From the NCBI GenBank assembly GCA_027624555.1, contig JAQBWN010000001.1, forward strand, positions 1 to 63,809: 63,809 nucleotides of DNA, in the 5' to 3' direction. The notes below the pieces were generated by a model, which ran no database searches, was not told the origin of the DNA, and worked only from the letters and a program-made list of their open reading frames with translations. The position numbers and the translations under genes are program-made. Positions 54,126 through 62,928 of the stretch are shown in pieces; position 1 is the stretch's first letter, and every line of letters starts with the position of its first letter. This DNA comes from a bacterium. GTDB lineage: Bacteria > Patescibacteriota > Andersenbacteria > UBA10190.

Positions 54126-54883
54126 TTTTTTTAGGTTTCTTCATCACTTTTCTTGCCAATGGCTCTGCGTTGCCTGCATTTGCACAAATGGGTCCGGAAG
54201 GAGACCCTTTTAAAGATCCGGCAGGGTTTGGGAAATTCGAAGTTGGCTTACCTGGAATACCTAAAGATACATTTATTGCGGACTTTGTAAGCGGAGAAAA
54301 ACCAATTTTGGATTTTATAAATCTTGCAGTGAACGCCGTAATTGCAGTACTCGTGATAATTGGCCTTATTACGATAGTTATTGGCGGATATATTTATATG
54401 ACGGCGTCCGGTGATGCTTCTCGGGTTAAAACGGCGAAAGAAATGATAATAGCTGCACTTGCCGGCATATTTCTTTCTCTTGTTTCCGTTATTATCCTCA
54501 ATACAATTAATTCATATCTCGGTAGTGGTGCCGAAGAACCTAAGCTAGGCGAGCCATCAAACGGGTCAACACCAGGTGGAGGAGGCGGAAGTGGCGGTTC
54601 AAGCGGCGGTGGTTCCGGTGGAGGTGGTGGCGAGCTACCTGATGGTGGTGGAAACACGGGCGGGGGCTCAGGGATCGGTAATGGCGGTAATAATGACAAT
54701 ACCCAACCTTCACTCGATCAACTGGATCGGCTGCGTACTATTACAGTAGGTGAGATTGTTGTTTTACAAAACGAGCTTGAAAACATAAACCTTACCTCGG
54801 AGCAGAAAGCACTCTACACTGCAAATTTGACCGACGCGCAAAACAGATTAGCTGAATTTAATCGACAATTAGCTGTTCCTTAG
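54107..54883 (+). CDS. VirB2/TrbC-like T4SS pilin candidate with a long Gly-rich C-terminal extension
   Basis: 258 aa. Signal peptide (...ALPAFAQ), two TM helices flanking a short charged loop (YMTASGDASRVKTAKEMIIAALAGIF), then GGGGSGGSSGGGSGGGGG and a helical tail. Confidence 0.5.
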   Translation: MSKFQIIFLGFFITFLANGSALPAFAQMGPEGDPFKDPAGFGKFEVGLPGIPKDTFIADFVSGEKPILDFINLAVNAVIAVLVIIGLITIVIGGYIYMTASGDASRVKTAKEMIIAALAGIFLSLVSVIILNTINSYLGSGAEEPKLGEPSNGSTPGGGGGSGGSSGGGSGGGGGELPDGGGNTGGGSGIGNGGNNDNTQPSLDQLDRLRTITVGEIVVLQNELENINLTSEQKALYTANLTDAQNRLAEFNRQLAVP

Positions 54884-56117
54884 TAGATAGAGCCGTCAGC
54901 AGCCACCACAGTGCCGATAAGTCGTTTTTCCAGTAGATAGTGTCGAATAAACCGAATATAAGGATAGATATGAGGGCGAGAGTGGTTGCGTGTTGATGCG
55001 TTGCGCTTCTCCCACCCCCTCGGCGTATTGCGACAATGTTTAGGCCAATAAAGCTTACCAAGCCGACCACACCGACGTTTAGCCAAAACGAAATTATCCA
55101 GTTATGCGGGTCGCGGAAGACGAACTCGGGTATTAGCTTATAGCTTTTAGCTTCGCTAGCTTCATTAGCTTGCGTTGCGAATAATGCATGTAGCTCGGCT
55201 TGGTATGCTGGCTCAAATTGCCCGAGGCCGATACCTAATATAGGGTTTTTTTGAATTAAACGAACGCCAATATCCCACAATTGCAGCCGAACGGTAGCGG
55301 AATTGGAAGTATTTTGGTGAATAAGAGGGGAAACAAGGTACTGGATGCGTCCGGAGAGGGTGAAAAAGGCGAATATGAGAATAAATAACATTAAAAGTAA
55401 TAGTGCGGATAATGGCAAACCATACTGTATGCCGCCTAACCTGCCCTCACCCTCCCGCCTGCGGGCGAGGAGCCCTCTCCCCAATTGGGGAGAGGGGAAA
55501 CGGACCGTAAACAAAAACCCTATCAACGCAGTTCCAGCTATCGCGACAACTGCTCCAAACGACTGCGTCCAAATAATAGTTATTAGCATTATTAGGGATG
55601 CAAGCTGATAAAAACGATTTTTTTGCTGCATCCCGACCCAAAAAGCTATAAAAAAAACAGGACTTAAAAATAACGCGAGGGAGTTGGGCACGTCGTAAAT
55701 GCTTTGAATCCGTCCAAAACCGTCTATTTGCGATATACCAAGCAGGGCTACTACGAGACCCGACATAATTAACGAATGAATCACTTTTTTCCGATCAGCA
55801 GTATGTATTAACAGCCCAAACAGCATCGGAACCACAACCCAACCCTTTAGTATTCCTAAGCTAGAGCGCAACACGGGCGAAAATAGCGTAGAAACCACGG
55901 CAGACAGTAAGAATAAACACGCAAAGAGCGTAAAGCTGCGTGGCAGAGCTCGAAGCGCACTAAATAATCGATGGCGCGATTTTTTATTCCAAATAGCACT
56001 AATAAAAACCGTAATAACTAATATCTCAAAAAGATTTATAGGGATGCCAAGTAAAGAAAATCTAATGATATACGTAGGGAGTAGACCTGCCAGTGCCACC
56101 ATAAGCGTTGTAATCAC
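54858..56117 (-). CDS. O-antigen ligase / polymerase-like (Wzy_C) membrane protein carrying a family-A repeat in frame
   Basis: 419 aa (GTG start). At least 10 TM helices. PHNWIISFWLNVGVVGL motif. The repeat is translated as FPSPQLGRGLLARRREGEGRLGG. Confidence 0.65.
   Translation of the reverse strand: MITTLMVALAGLLPTYIIRFSLLGIPINLFEILVITVFISAIWNKKSRHRLFSALRALPRSFTLFACLFLLSAVVSTLFSPVLRSSLGILKGWVVVPMLFGLLIHTADRKKVIHSLIMSGLVVALLGISQIDGFGRIQSIYDVPNSLALFLSPVFFIAFWVGMQQKNRFYQLASLIMLITIIWTQSFGAVVAIAGTALIGFLFTVRFPSPQLGRGLLARRREGEGRLGGIQYGLPLSALLLLMLFILIFAFFTLSGRIQYLVSPLIHQNTSNSATVRLQLWDIGVRLIQKNPILGIGLGQFEPAYQAELHALFATQANEASEAKSYKLIPEFVFRDPHNWIISFWLNVGVVGLVSFIGLNIVAIRRGGGRSATHQHATTLALISILIFGLFDTIYWKNDLSALWWLLTALSTKEQLIVD
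55438..55502. repeat. GC-rich palindromic repeat, family A (long form), in frame inside a CDS
   Basis: aacctgccctcaccctcccgcctgcgggcgaggagccctctccccaattggggagaggggaaacg. Same ends as 3150-3197, which lacks the internal cccgcctgcgggcgaggagc module. Confidence 0.8.
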
Positions 56118-57271
56118 AGGGCAAGCAGAACGAGTAAAATATATGGAATCAATACGTGCGGGTACAGCAAGCTATTTGTAAACTGAGAGTGCACAAGCAA
56201 AAACACCGTTGCCCATATATACAGGAATGAATAGTGCCTTATAAAACCGAGCAATATTGGGATGAGAAATAAAGCCGTACCTATAATACCCGTTGTAACA
56301 AGCAGGGTAAGAATACTACTATCGGAGCCACCCCGTGAATGGATCTGATAATTAGATATGAGGCCAGCATCCTTCGCTGCCACCTGATACGCATTGTACC
56401 CAACCCCTAAAAAGATATGTGGCTCAACTAAGCGTCTCCAAACGTCTTTATATGCTTCCATTCGAATGGCGATAGTGGGGTCGTGAAAGAATATTTGCCT
56501 CGCTCTTTCCTGTAATACTATCCCTGCAAATGCCACAACAATGCCTAGCGTAATAAGCCCAGGGAGTACCATCTTCTTCCATTGCTTTGGGAACGACGAA
56601 GAAAATAGCCAAACTACACAACACACACAAAGAGCAACGGTAGCTGCAATAAATGTACTGCGAGATTTAGTAAGCAGTATTGCTATGGAACCCATCATAA
56701 AAAACCCTATCCGCATGGCTTGAGAGCGCGCCCAAAGAACAACAGCAGGAAGAGATAGGGCTAAAAACGCTCCAAAAAAATTTGGATCAAACCAAGTTCC
56801 AACCATTCTTTGTATATGCGGGTCCCATCCATTTCCAAAACCAAACAAACTTGGGAAAAATATGAGCTGTAAAAAACCAAAGCTCAAAAGAATAGCATAT
56901 GTGTACACAAAGGCCTTTTTTGCATATGCCTTTACTTCGGCTTTCTGTAATATTGCCATACCAAATGGATACAAGAGGACAATACTTGCAAGACGCACCC
57001 AATAGAGAAGGGCAATCACTATTTCACTTTGCTGTAGCTGGCTACTATGCAGTAGTAAAGTCGATATACTCCAGAGAAGAAAAGGTGAAACTATGAGGGG
57101 CGAGGAGGGGAACGACAACGCTGCAACTAGCAAGAATAAAACAACAGCGATGTCGCTTACGAGAATACCGCCACCCTGACCAGCTACTACAAACCTAATA
57201 CTTTGGCCTACTATAAGTGACGCAAAAAGGAGAGCTATTGCAGTTTTCGCAAAAAACGTTGAATGCGCCAT
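56114..57271 (-). CDS. O-antigen ligase / polymerase-like membrane protein (paralog)
   Basis: 385 aa, at least 10 TM helices. A loop followed by HSRGGSDSSILTLLVTTGIIG resembles the Wzy_C signature region. Confidence 0.55.
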   Translation of the reverse strand: MAHSTFFAKTAIALLFASLIVGQSIRFVVAGQGGGILVSDIAVVLFLLVAALSFPSSPLIVSPFLLWSISTLLLHSSQLQQSEIVIALLYWVRLASIVLLYPFGMAILQKAEVKAYAKKAFVYTYAILLSFGFLQLIFFPSLFGFGNGWDPHIQRMVGTWFDPNFFGAFLALSLPAVVLWARSQAMRIGFFMMGSIAILLTKSRSTFIAATVALCVCCVVWLFSSSFPKQWKKMVLPGLITLGIVVAFAGIVLQERARQIFFHDPTIAIRMEAYKDVWRRLVEPHIFLGVGYNAYQVAAKDAGLISNYQIHSRGGSDSSILTLLVTTGIIGTALFLIPILLGFIRHYSFLYIWATVFLLVHSQFTNSLLYPHVLIPYILLVLLAL

Positions 57272-57981
57272 ATAGTGGAAGAGTAGTGCTTTTTAAAGTA
57301 TCTGTCAGCCGATTCTCTGTACACCCTGGTTTTTGTATCACTATCCAAATTACTACCCCCTCGAAAATGAGTAACTTTTGCGGTTGGGTCCATAATCACG
57401 CTATACCCTTTTTTCCGAACCCTCCTGCACAAATCGACATCCTCCCAGTACATAAAAAAGTTTTCATCAAAACCACCCACTTCATCAAAAACTTTTTTTT
57501 GCATGATAAACGCACCACCCGAGACCCAGTCTGCATTAAAGGGAATCGACGGGATTTTTTTTAAAAACACATGCCGCAACATAAGTGCCCATAAAGTTGG
57601 CTCATCACCAAACGCCATGCGTTCTGGCGTACCGTTTTCGTCGCATAATAGCAGTCCAATTATTCCTGCATTAGGAAACTTCTGCAAAGACATTCGTATG
57701 CGCTCTACTGAACCTTTTTGCAAACGAGCATCGGGGTTTATAAATAGAACATATTCGGTGTTCAATAACCGAGCTCCTCTATTAGCAGAATAGCCGAACC
57801 CTTTATTCATACTACTGGCGTCATATTTGCATCCCTGGTGTGCTATTTCTTTCATCGTAGCGTCTTGTGAACCGCTATCAACAATAGCTATGTTTAATAA
57901 CCCTTCGCTTCTCACGCTTTCCACACACTGCGCAATATCTGCTGCACTGTTATATGTCACAATTGCAACACCAATACTCAT
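57235..57981 (-). CDS. Family 2 glycosyltransferase
   Basis: 248 aa. VAIVTYNS...VDSGSQD...FINPDA...WEDVDLC. Confidence 0.8.
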   Translation of the reverse strand: MSIGVAIVTYNSAADIAQCVESVRSEGLLNIAIVDSGSQDATMKEIAHQGCKYDASSMNKGFGYSANRGARLLNTEYVLFINPDARLQKGSVERIRMSLQKFPNAGIIGLLLCDENGTPERMAFGDEPTLWALMLRHVFLKKIPSIPFNADWVSGGAFIMQKKVFDEVGGFDENFFMYWEDVDLCRRVRKKGYSVIMDPTAKVTHFRGGSNLDSDTKTRVYRESADRYFKKHYSSTIWRIQRFLRKLQ

Positions 57982-58847
57982 AGGTTCACTCTCCCCAGGC
58001 GCCCCCTGCGAGCATCCCGCAGCGCACGAGCTACTATTTTATGCTGATTGGTACTGTGTACTGCATGGTATGCCATGCGAATCGTATTTAATGCGTACCA
58101 ATACAATCTCCAGGACAGCGAAAGATAGTGCTCAAGGACGTATGCTCCGTTACGGACCATATAATAAAGCTTTGAGGAGGAAGTAACGCCATCTGTGTCA
58201 TCGTGGATATTTTGCAGCCCAGGGATAGCCATGAGTTTACCGCCACGCCTTACAACCATCATACTTATTGCAACATCTTCCCAATACATAAAAAATGAAG
58301 CGGGAAATGAGACAGAGGAATATAACCCAAATTCAGCGATCATACATGAACCATGAATATACGTAACTTGCCATGAATTTGCTGTTTTTATTTGATTTGT
58401 AATATGGGCTCTGCCAGAAAACAGCGAGACATACCCTCCTGCTGCTCCGGCTAATACCTGCGGGCCGCCGTGCTTTTCCCACCAAGTAGCTATACGCTGC
58501 AAACTGTCTCTCGTAAACGTAATATCATTATTTAGCAATATACAAAGATCTGTTTCTTTTGCCCCTAAACGTACCGCCTCTGCAATGCCGGACTGAAGAC
58601 CTCCAGCATACCCAGTGTTAATCTTGGGACGAATAATAATAGCGTTGTCATTCCGGCCAGGCATAACTATATCTGCGTGATCTACGATAATAATATAATC
58701 AGGTGATGCGGTTCCAGTTTTAAGGGAAGCAGTTGCTGTATTAGTTATTTCGCTTGCACCGTAATGGACAAAAATCGCAAAAATCGATCTTCTTTGTGGA
58801 ATGCTTGTGGATAAATCTGTGGATAAGATTTTATTTTTTGTGAACAT
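57978..58847 (-). CDS. Family 2 glycosyltransferase-like protein
   Basis: 289 aa. ...IIIVDHAD...NTGYAGG...LLNNDITF...MYWEDV. ATGA-type overlap with the downstream gene. Confidence 0.65.
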   Translation of the reverse strand: MFTKNKILSTDLSTSIPQRRSIFAIFVHYGASEITNTATASLKTGTASPDYIIIVDHADIVMPGRNDNAIIIRPKINTGYAGGLQSGIAEAVRLGAKETDLCILLNNDITFTRDSLQRIATWWEKHGGPQVLAGAAGGYVSLFSGRAHITNQIKTANSWQVTYIHGSCMIAEFGLYSSVSFPASFFMYWEDVAISMMVVRRGGKLMAIPGLQNIHDDTDGVTSSSKLYYMVRNGAYVLEHYLSLSWRLYWYALNTIRMAYHAVHSTNQHKIVARALRDARRGRLGRVNL

Positions 58848-58886
58848 TATGCGTATTCTTAAGTTTTTTTCCTATACTGAGCCATT

Positions 58887-59795
58887 TTAATATACTTTTC
58901 TTTTCAACAGTCTGTTCGCATGGTGTACACCATACCAGAATTCCCCAGCACTCACGAGTGCGAAAAAACGAGGCATATTCGCTGTATCACCCCACGTTTT
59001 CATAACATATCGGGCAATTTTTCTTGCCCCAACAGCTCCGTACATGCCATGAACAATTCTTCGGACGGTATTTGTGTTCACGAGATACTTTGCACTCCCA
59101 ACAATTCGCTGCCGGCGCAGTATTTCCTGTGAACTATACCTATGGCGGTGCAGAGCCAGAGCACTGTGCAGAACATGTAAAACAAGTCCTTGCTTGTGGA
59201 GACGAGACCCTAGTTCAAGATCCTCCCATCCATACTCGGAAAAACTCTCAGAAAATCTCGTTTTCCCTAAAAAATTCGTTTTCATTGAAATAAACGATCC
59301 ATAAAAGTAATGCTCTGCACTGCACGTAGAAACGCCTAAAATTGCATCATAATCATTTTGTTGGCCTCCGTGCATCATCCAGTCCATTAACGGCGTAGGA
59401 TGTATTGTAGGGTCCCATACAACACACCCAAGTGCAGCTGCTGACGCCTCAGGATGCTCCTCATGAAAGAGGAGATGGAGCTGTAATGCGTTTGGTCGCA
59501 ACACGATATCGTCTGCAAGCAACAAAAAAATATCCGCCGCTGCGCTATTAATAGCGATATTGCGCGCATGAGACCGCCCTTTATGTGGACTCCGTATAAC
59601 AAGTGGGGAAACCCATGGGCTAGCCCATTCATACTCAGTAGCGATGCTTACAATAGGCTCCTTAGAACCATCGTCACTTACTATAAGTCGCATTTTCCAC
59701 CCCTCTGGAATTACTTGCTCAAGAAGAGCTGATATTACAGCTTGGAGCTTTTGCTTTCCATCTTTCGTTGGAATAATAATATCGCACGTGTTCAT
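58887..59795 (-). CDS. Family 2 glycosyltransferase
   Basis: 302 aa. DIIIPTKDG...VSDDGSKEP...ARNIAI...LLLADDIV...GWEDLELG. Confidence 0.8.
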   Translation of the reverse strand: MNTCDIIIPTKDGKQKLQAVISALLEQVIPEGWKMRLIVSDDGSKEPIVSIATEYEWASPWVSPLVIRSPHKGRSHARNIAINSAAADIFLLLADDIVLRPNALQLHLLFHEEHPEASAAALGCVVWDPTIHPTPLMDWMMHGGQQNDYDAILGVSTCSAEHYFYGSFISMKTNFLGKTRFSESFSEYGWEDLELGSRLHKQGLVLHVLHSALALHRHRYSSQEILRRQRIVGSAKYLVNTNTVRRIVHGMYGAVGARKIARYVMKTWGDTANMPRFFALVSAGEFWYGVHHANRLLKRKVY

Positions 59796-61222
59796 ATGCT
59801 CGATGTCGTTCTTAAAATACTGAGTGTAGCCTTATTCCACAAGCCGAAAGTAAATCCAATTCCAGCATATAACACACCAACAACAGCCAACCGAAACCCG
59901 ATATGGAGGCTAGTAGGAAAAATTGTACCAATATACGCCGCAACAAGAGCACCTAGTCCAGCTAAAAATATATTTAGGATGGGCAGACGATACCGAATAG
60001 ACCGGTGCACAAGAAAAGCAGCAGTACACATTGCAATACCCTCTGTTGCAACTGTTGCCCACGCTGCGGCAAATGCACCATATTTCGGGATAAATACTAT
60101 ATTTGCCCCAATATTAAACAGCACGAGGATACCGTACAATGCAACCAACACCCGCTGGCGTGATAGGGCAATAAGTGCAAATCCAAAAATATTCCCCATA
60201 AACATAATTGCGAGTGCAAGCGATAACACCCGAAGAAGGTAAATAGATACAAATAAATCATTCTGACCTGCAATAAACACAACAATAGGTGAAGCAAACA
60301 CAATGAGGATAGTTGTTATAATAATAGCTCCATACAGAGACATACTAAGACCCTGAGAAACAATCTGCTGTGTACGCTGCGCCGTTTGCTTTGCTAAAGA
60401 AGAGCTCACGTGGGGAAGGAGAAGCCCTCCCAACATAGCCGGGAAAAAAAGTCCGTTTTCAATGATTTTGTATGCGAGACCGTACCAACCCACTTCTTCT
60501 GTTGAGCGAAAAAAGGAAAGAATAATAATATCGCTGCGAAAATATACGACGTTCAATACGAGCATCACCCCAATTGGCCACGATGTTTTTATAATTTGCC
60601 GCCAAGCAGAAATTGATATTTGGGGGAAAAGACTTCGTCTATGCGGAACGAGGACAATATGCGTAATATACGCAACACATAGACTAAGCGTAAACGCAGC
60701 AGCTACCCATAAAAGAGCCCCTTCTTTTTGTACATGCAATACATACCAAAGCACCGCAACTTGAGTACTTCGCCCTACAATGTCTCCAATCGTTGCTTTC
60801 CATATACACCCGTATGCTTGAAACACTCCCATCATCAACTGACTCATTGATTGGAACACTAAGCCCAGGAAAAGGAGCAAAAAAATGATAAGGAGGTCTT
60901 GTAACGACGGAACAATAAGAAAAATAAGAAGGCCAATGAAAAATGCAATAAAGAGGAGCAATATTCGAAGTGAAACAATATGACGCATACCGCTAGTTGA
61001 AATGTTTTGTGCTGCGCCTAATGCCCGACTAGCAGTTAAATACAGGCCAAAATCAGCAAACAACTGCAAAAAAGTACCTATCGTAAGAACAAGCGAGTAG
61101 ATACCAAAACTTTCTACTGAAATAATTCGTAGCGTTATCACGGTAGCCCAAAGACCTAAGAGAATTACTATGGCTCTACTACCTGTAGCAACTAAAACAT
61201 TAAAAAAAATTGACTGGCCCAT
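59792..61222 (-). CDS. Polysaccharide flippase (MOP/Wzx family)
   Basis: 476 aa, about 14 TM helices. Overall layout typical of Wzx-type polysaccharide biosynthesis proteins. The start abuts the jag stop. Confidence 0.7.
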   Translation of the reverse strand: MGQSIFFNVLVATGSRAIVILLGLWATVITLRIISVESFGIYSLVLTIGTFLQLFADFGLYLTASRALGAAQNISTSGMRHIVSLRILLLFIAFFIGLLIFLIVPSLQDLLIIFLLLFLGLVFQSMSQLMMGVFQAYGCIWKATIGDIVGRSTQVAVLWYVLHVQKEGALLWVAAAFTLSLCVAYITHIVLVPHRRSLFPQISISAWRQIIKTSWPIGVMLVLNVVYFRSDIIILSFFRSTEEVGWYGLAYKIIENGLFFPAMLGGLLLPHVSSSLAKQTAQRTQQIVSQGLSMSLYGAIIITTILIVFASPIVVFIAGQNDLFVSIYLLRVLSLALAIMFMGNIFGFALIALSRQRVLVALYGILVLFNIGANIVFIPKYGAFAAAWATVATEGIAMCTAAFLVHRSIRYRLPILNIFLAGLGALVAAYIGTIFPTSLHIGFRLAVVGVLYAGIGFTFGLWNKATLSILRTTSSI

Positions 61223-61666
61223 TTATAAAAATACCGGACGAACCACTACGCGACGCTCTGTTCCGTCTCCCGTGCTTTCCGTAAGAACGTCCTTGTGCAA
61301 CTTCAGTGCCATATGAATAATGCGACGGTCAATTGCACTCATAGGCGAAAGGGCAACTGGCCTACCCGTTCGCTGTGCACGCTTTGCAACCTCAGTAGCA
61401 AATTCAAACAAGGTACGCTCTCTGCGTACGCGATACCCATTCACATCAACTGAAATATGCACATTTTCTGCAATATGCTTACGCAGAACACAGCGAATTA
61501 CATGCGCAAGTGCATGAAGATTTGCCCCCTGGGCACCAATAAGCATGTTACCCAACGGACCGGCCATAATTGATATACGAAGCATCCCAGGCTCTTCCAT
61601 ATGACACTCCACATGAACGTCCTGCATTCCCATAACGGCCATAAATCTGCGAACATGCTCTGTCAT
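61223..61666 (-). CDS. jag: Jag/SpoIIIJ-associated KH-R3H RNA-binding protein
   Basis: 147 aa from ATG 61666 (ATGA overlap with yidC). KH-like LIGAQGANLHALAHVI and R3H ...DRRIIHMAL. Conserved position after yidC. Confidence 0.8.
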   Translation of the reverse strand: MTEHVRRFMAVMGMQDVHVECHMEEPGMLRISIMAGPLGNMLIGAQGANLHALAHVIRCVLRKHIAENVHISVDVNGYRVRRERTLFEFATEVAKRAQRTGRPVALSPMSAIDRRIIHMALKLHKDVLTESTGDGTERRVVVRPVFL

Positions 61667-62415
61667 ATATTGGGCGGATTGTCTACGAGTCTTAGTGAAC
61701 GTTTTACGATAATCTGCTGAATAATTCCAAACAACGTTGAGACTGCCCAATATAACGCAAGAGCGGCAGGTAGCCGCAGAGCAATAAAGATAGTCATGGC
61801 AGGGAAGATGTACATCATATTTTTTTGCATAGAGGCCATCATCTTTGCTGTTTCTTCATTTGCACCAGGGCTGCTTTGTGGTGCGGGTGCTAAATAGCGC
61901 ATTTGAACAAACTGAAATATGCCCGCAATTGCCCCTAAAAGGAAACTAGGAGCACTAAGATTTATGGAAAAAAACGTAAAACTCAAAGCAGTTGGATGAG
62001 CTACAAACGAATACAAATAATGGTATGTATCTGGCGTAAGGCCAGAAAAAAATACTTGATACAGCGCAATAAGTACTGGCAATTGTAAAAAAATCGGCAA
62101 GAGTCCGCCAGCGGGGTTTATTCCAGCCTCTTTATAGATACGCATGGTTTCTTGAGCTTGCTTGGCCTTATCGTCCTTATGCTCCTTCTTAAGGGCATCA
62201 ATCTTATGTTGTATCTTGGCCATTTTTTCCTGATTCTTCCGCATCGTACTTGCCTGGTGAAGGAATGAGGGGAGCAACACAAGGCGAACAACTATAGTTA
62301 CAAATATAATTGCGAAGCCAACACTATGGGAAGGTAATACATTAGTGCTACCAATAAGGAGGTTTAATAGCGGTCTATACAACCCTTCCGTAAAAATGAG
62401 AGAAAAAATATTCAT
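61663..62415 (-). CDS. yidC: Membrane protein insertase YidC (short form)
   Basis: 250 aa from ATG 62415 (ATGA overlap with rnpA). ...GINPAGGLLPIFLQLPVLIALY...LPAALALYW... Confidence 0.9.
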   Translation of the reverse strand: MNIFSLIFTEGLYRPLLNLLIGSTNVLPSHSVGFAIIFVTIVVRLVLLPSFLHQASTMRKNQEKMAKIQHKIDALKKEHKDDKAKQAQETMRIYKEAGINPAGGLLPIFLQLPVLIALYQVFFSGLTPDTYHYLYSFVAHPTALSFTFFSINLSAPSFLLGAIAGIFQFVQMRYLAPAPQSSPGANEETAKMMASMQKNMMYIFPAMTIFIALRLPAALALYWAVSTLFGIIQQIIVKRSLRLVDNPPNI

Positions 62416-62744
62416 ATAATTGGTAAGCCTTTCTTGATTTCTTGTTCTATATCTTGGACGCTCATAGAGCAAACTCCTTGGGACTGCGCCACAACAACAA
62501 TATCATAAGAACCAGTCCAGGTGGTAACAATATAAGCACACGCTGCACGGATTTTGCGCTGCACACGATGCCGAACAACGGAACTGGCATGGACCTTTTT
62601 TCCTGCAACGCAAGCAAAACGAACAACATCAAGCGGATTGACTGCGCTATATATAGCTATATTATTTCCTCGCACACGAGAACCTCGCGCAACTACATTC
62701 TTAATATCAGAAGAGGCAGTGAGACGATTTTTTCGAGCAAGCAT
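62412..62744 (-). CDS. rnpA: Ribonuclease P protein component
   Basis: 110 aa from ATG 62744 (MLARKNRLTASSDIKNV...). RVRGNN..., VVRHRVQRKIR (RNR-like motif). Lies between rpmH and yidC. Confidence 0.85.
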   Translation of the reverse strand: MLARKNRLTASSDIKNVVARGSRVRGNNIAIYSAVNPLDVVRFACVAGKKVHASSVVRHRVQRKIRAACAYIVTTWTGSYDIVVVAQSQGVCSMSVQDIEQEIKKGLPII

Positions 62745-62746
62745 TT

Positions 62747-62884
62747 CTACTGCTTGGGAACAAGTTGAGCTCTGCCGCGCTTTCGACGACGAGAAATAAC
62801 ATTCTTGTTGTTCCGCTTTCTCGCAAGGAACCCAAACCGTCTTGCACGACGACGTTTGCTTGGTTGGTAGGTTCGTTTTGGCAT
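62747..62884 (-). CDS. rpmH: 50S ribosomal protein L34
   Basis: Not in the ORF track (45 aa). Minus-strand ATG at 62884 gives MPKRTYQPSKRRRARRFGFLARKRNNKNVISRRRKRGRAQLVPKQ*. Confidence 0.93.
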   Translation of the reverse strand: MPKRTYQPSKRRRARRFGFLARKRNNKNVISRRRKRGRAQLVPKQ

Positions 62885-62928
62885 GAGATGATGATGACGT
62901 ATTCACCTCCTCAAGTCAAGTATTTATC

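Noticed and set aside
44555-61222. Interpreting the T4SS-like cluster plus glycan genes as an integrated conjugative element or prophage.
   Set aside because: The window has no integrase, relaxase, coupling protein, phage structural genes, or flanking direct repeats or tRNA-associated att sites. The first gene is translationally coupled to rsmA, and the region lies next to oriC among core genes.
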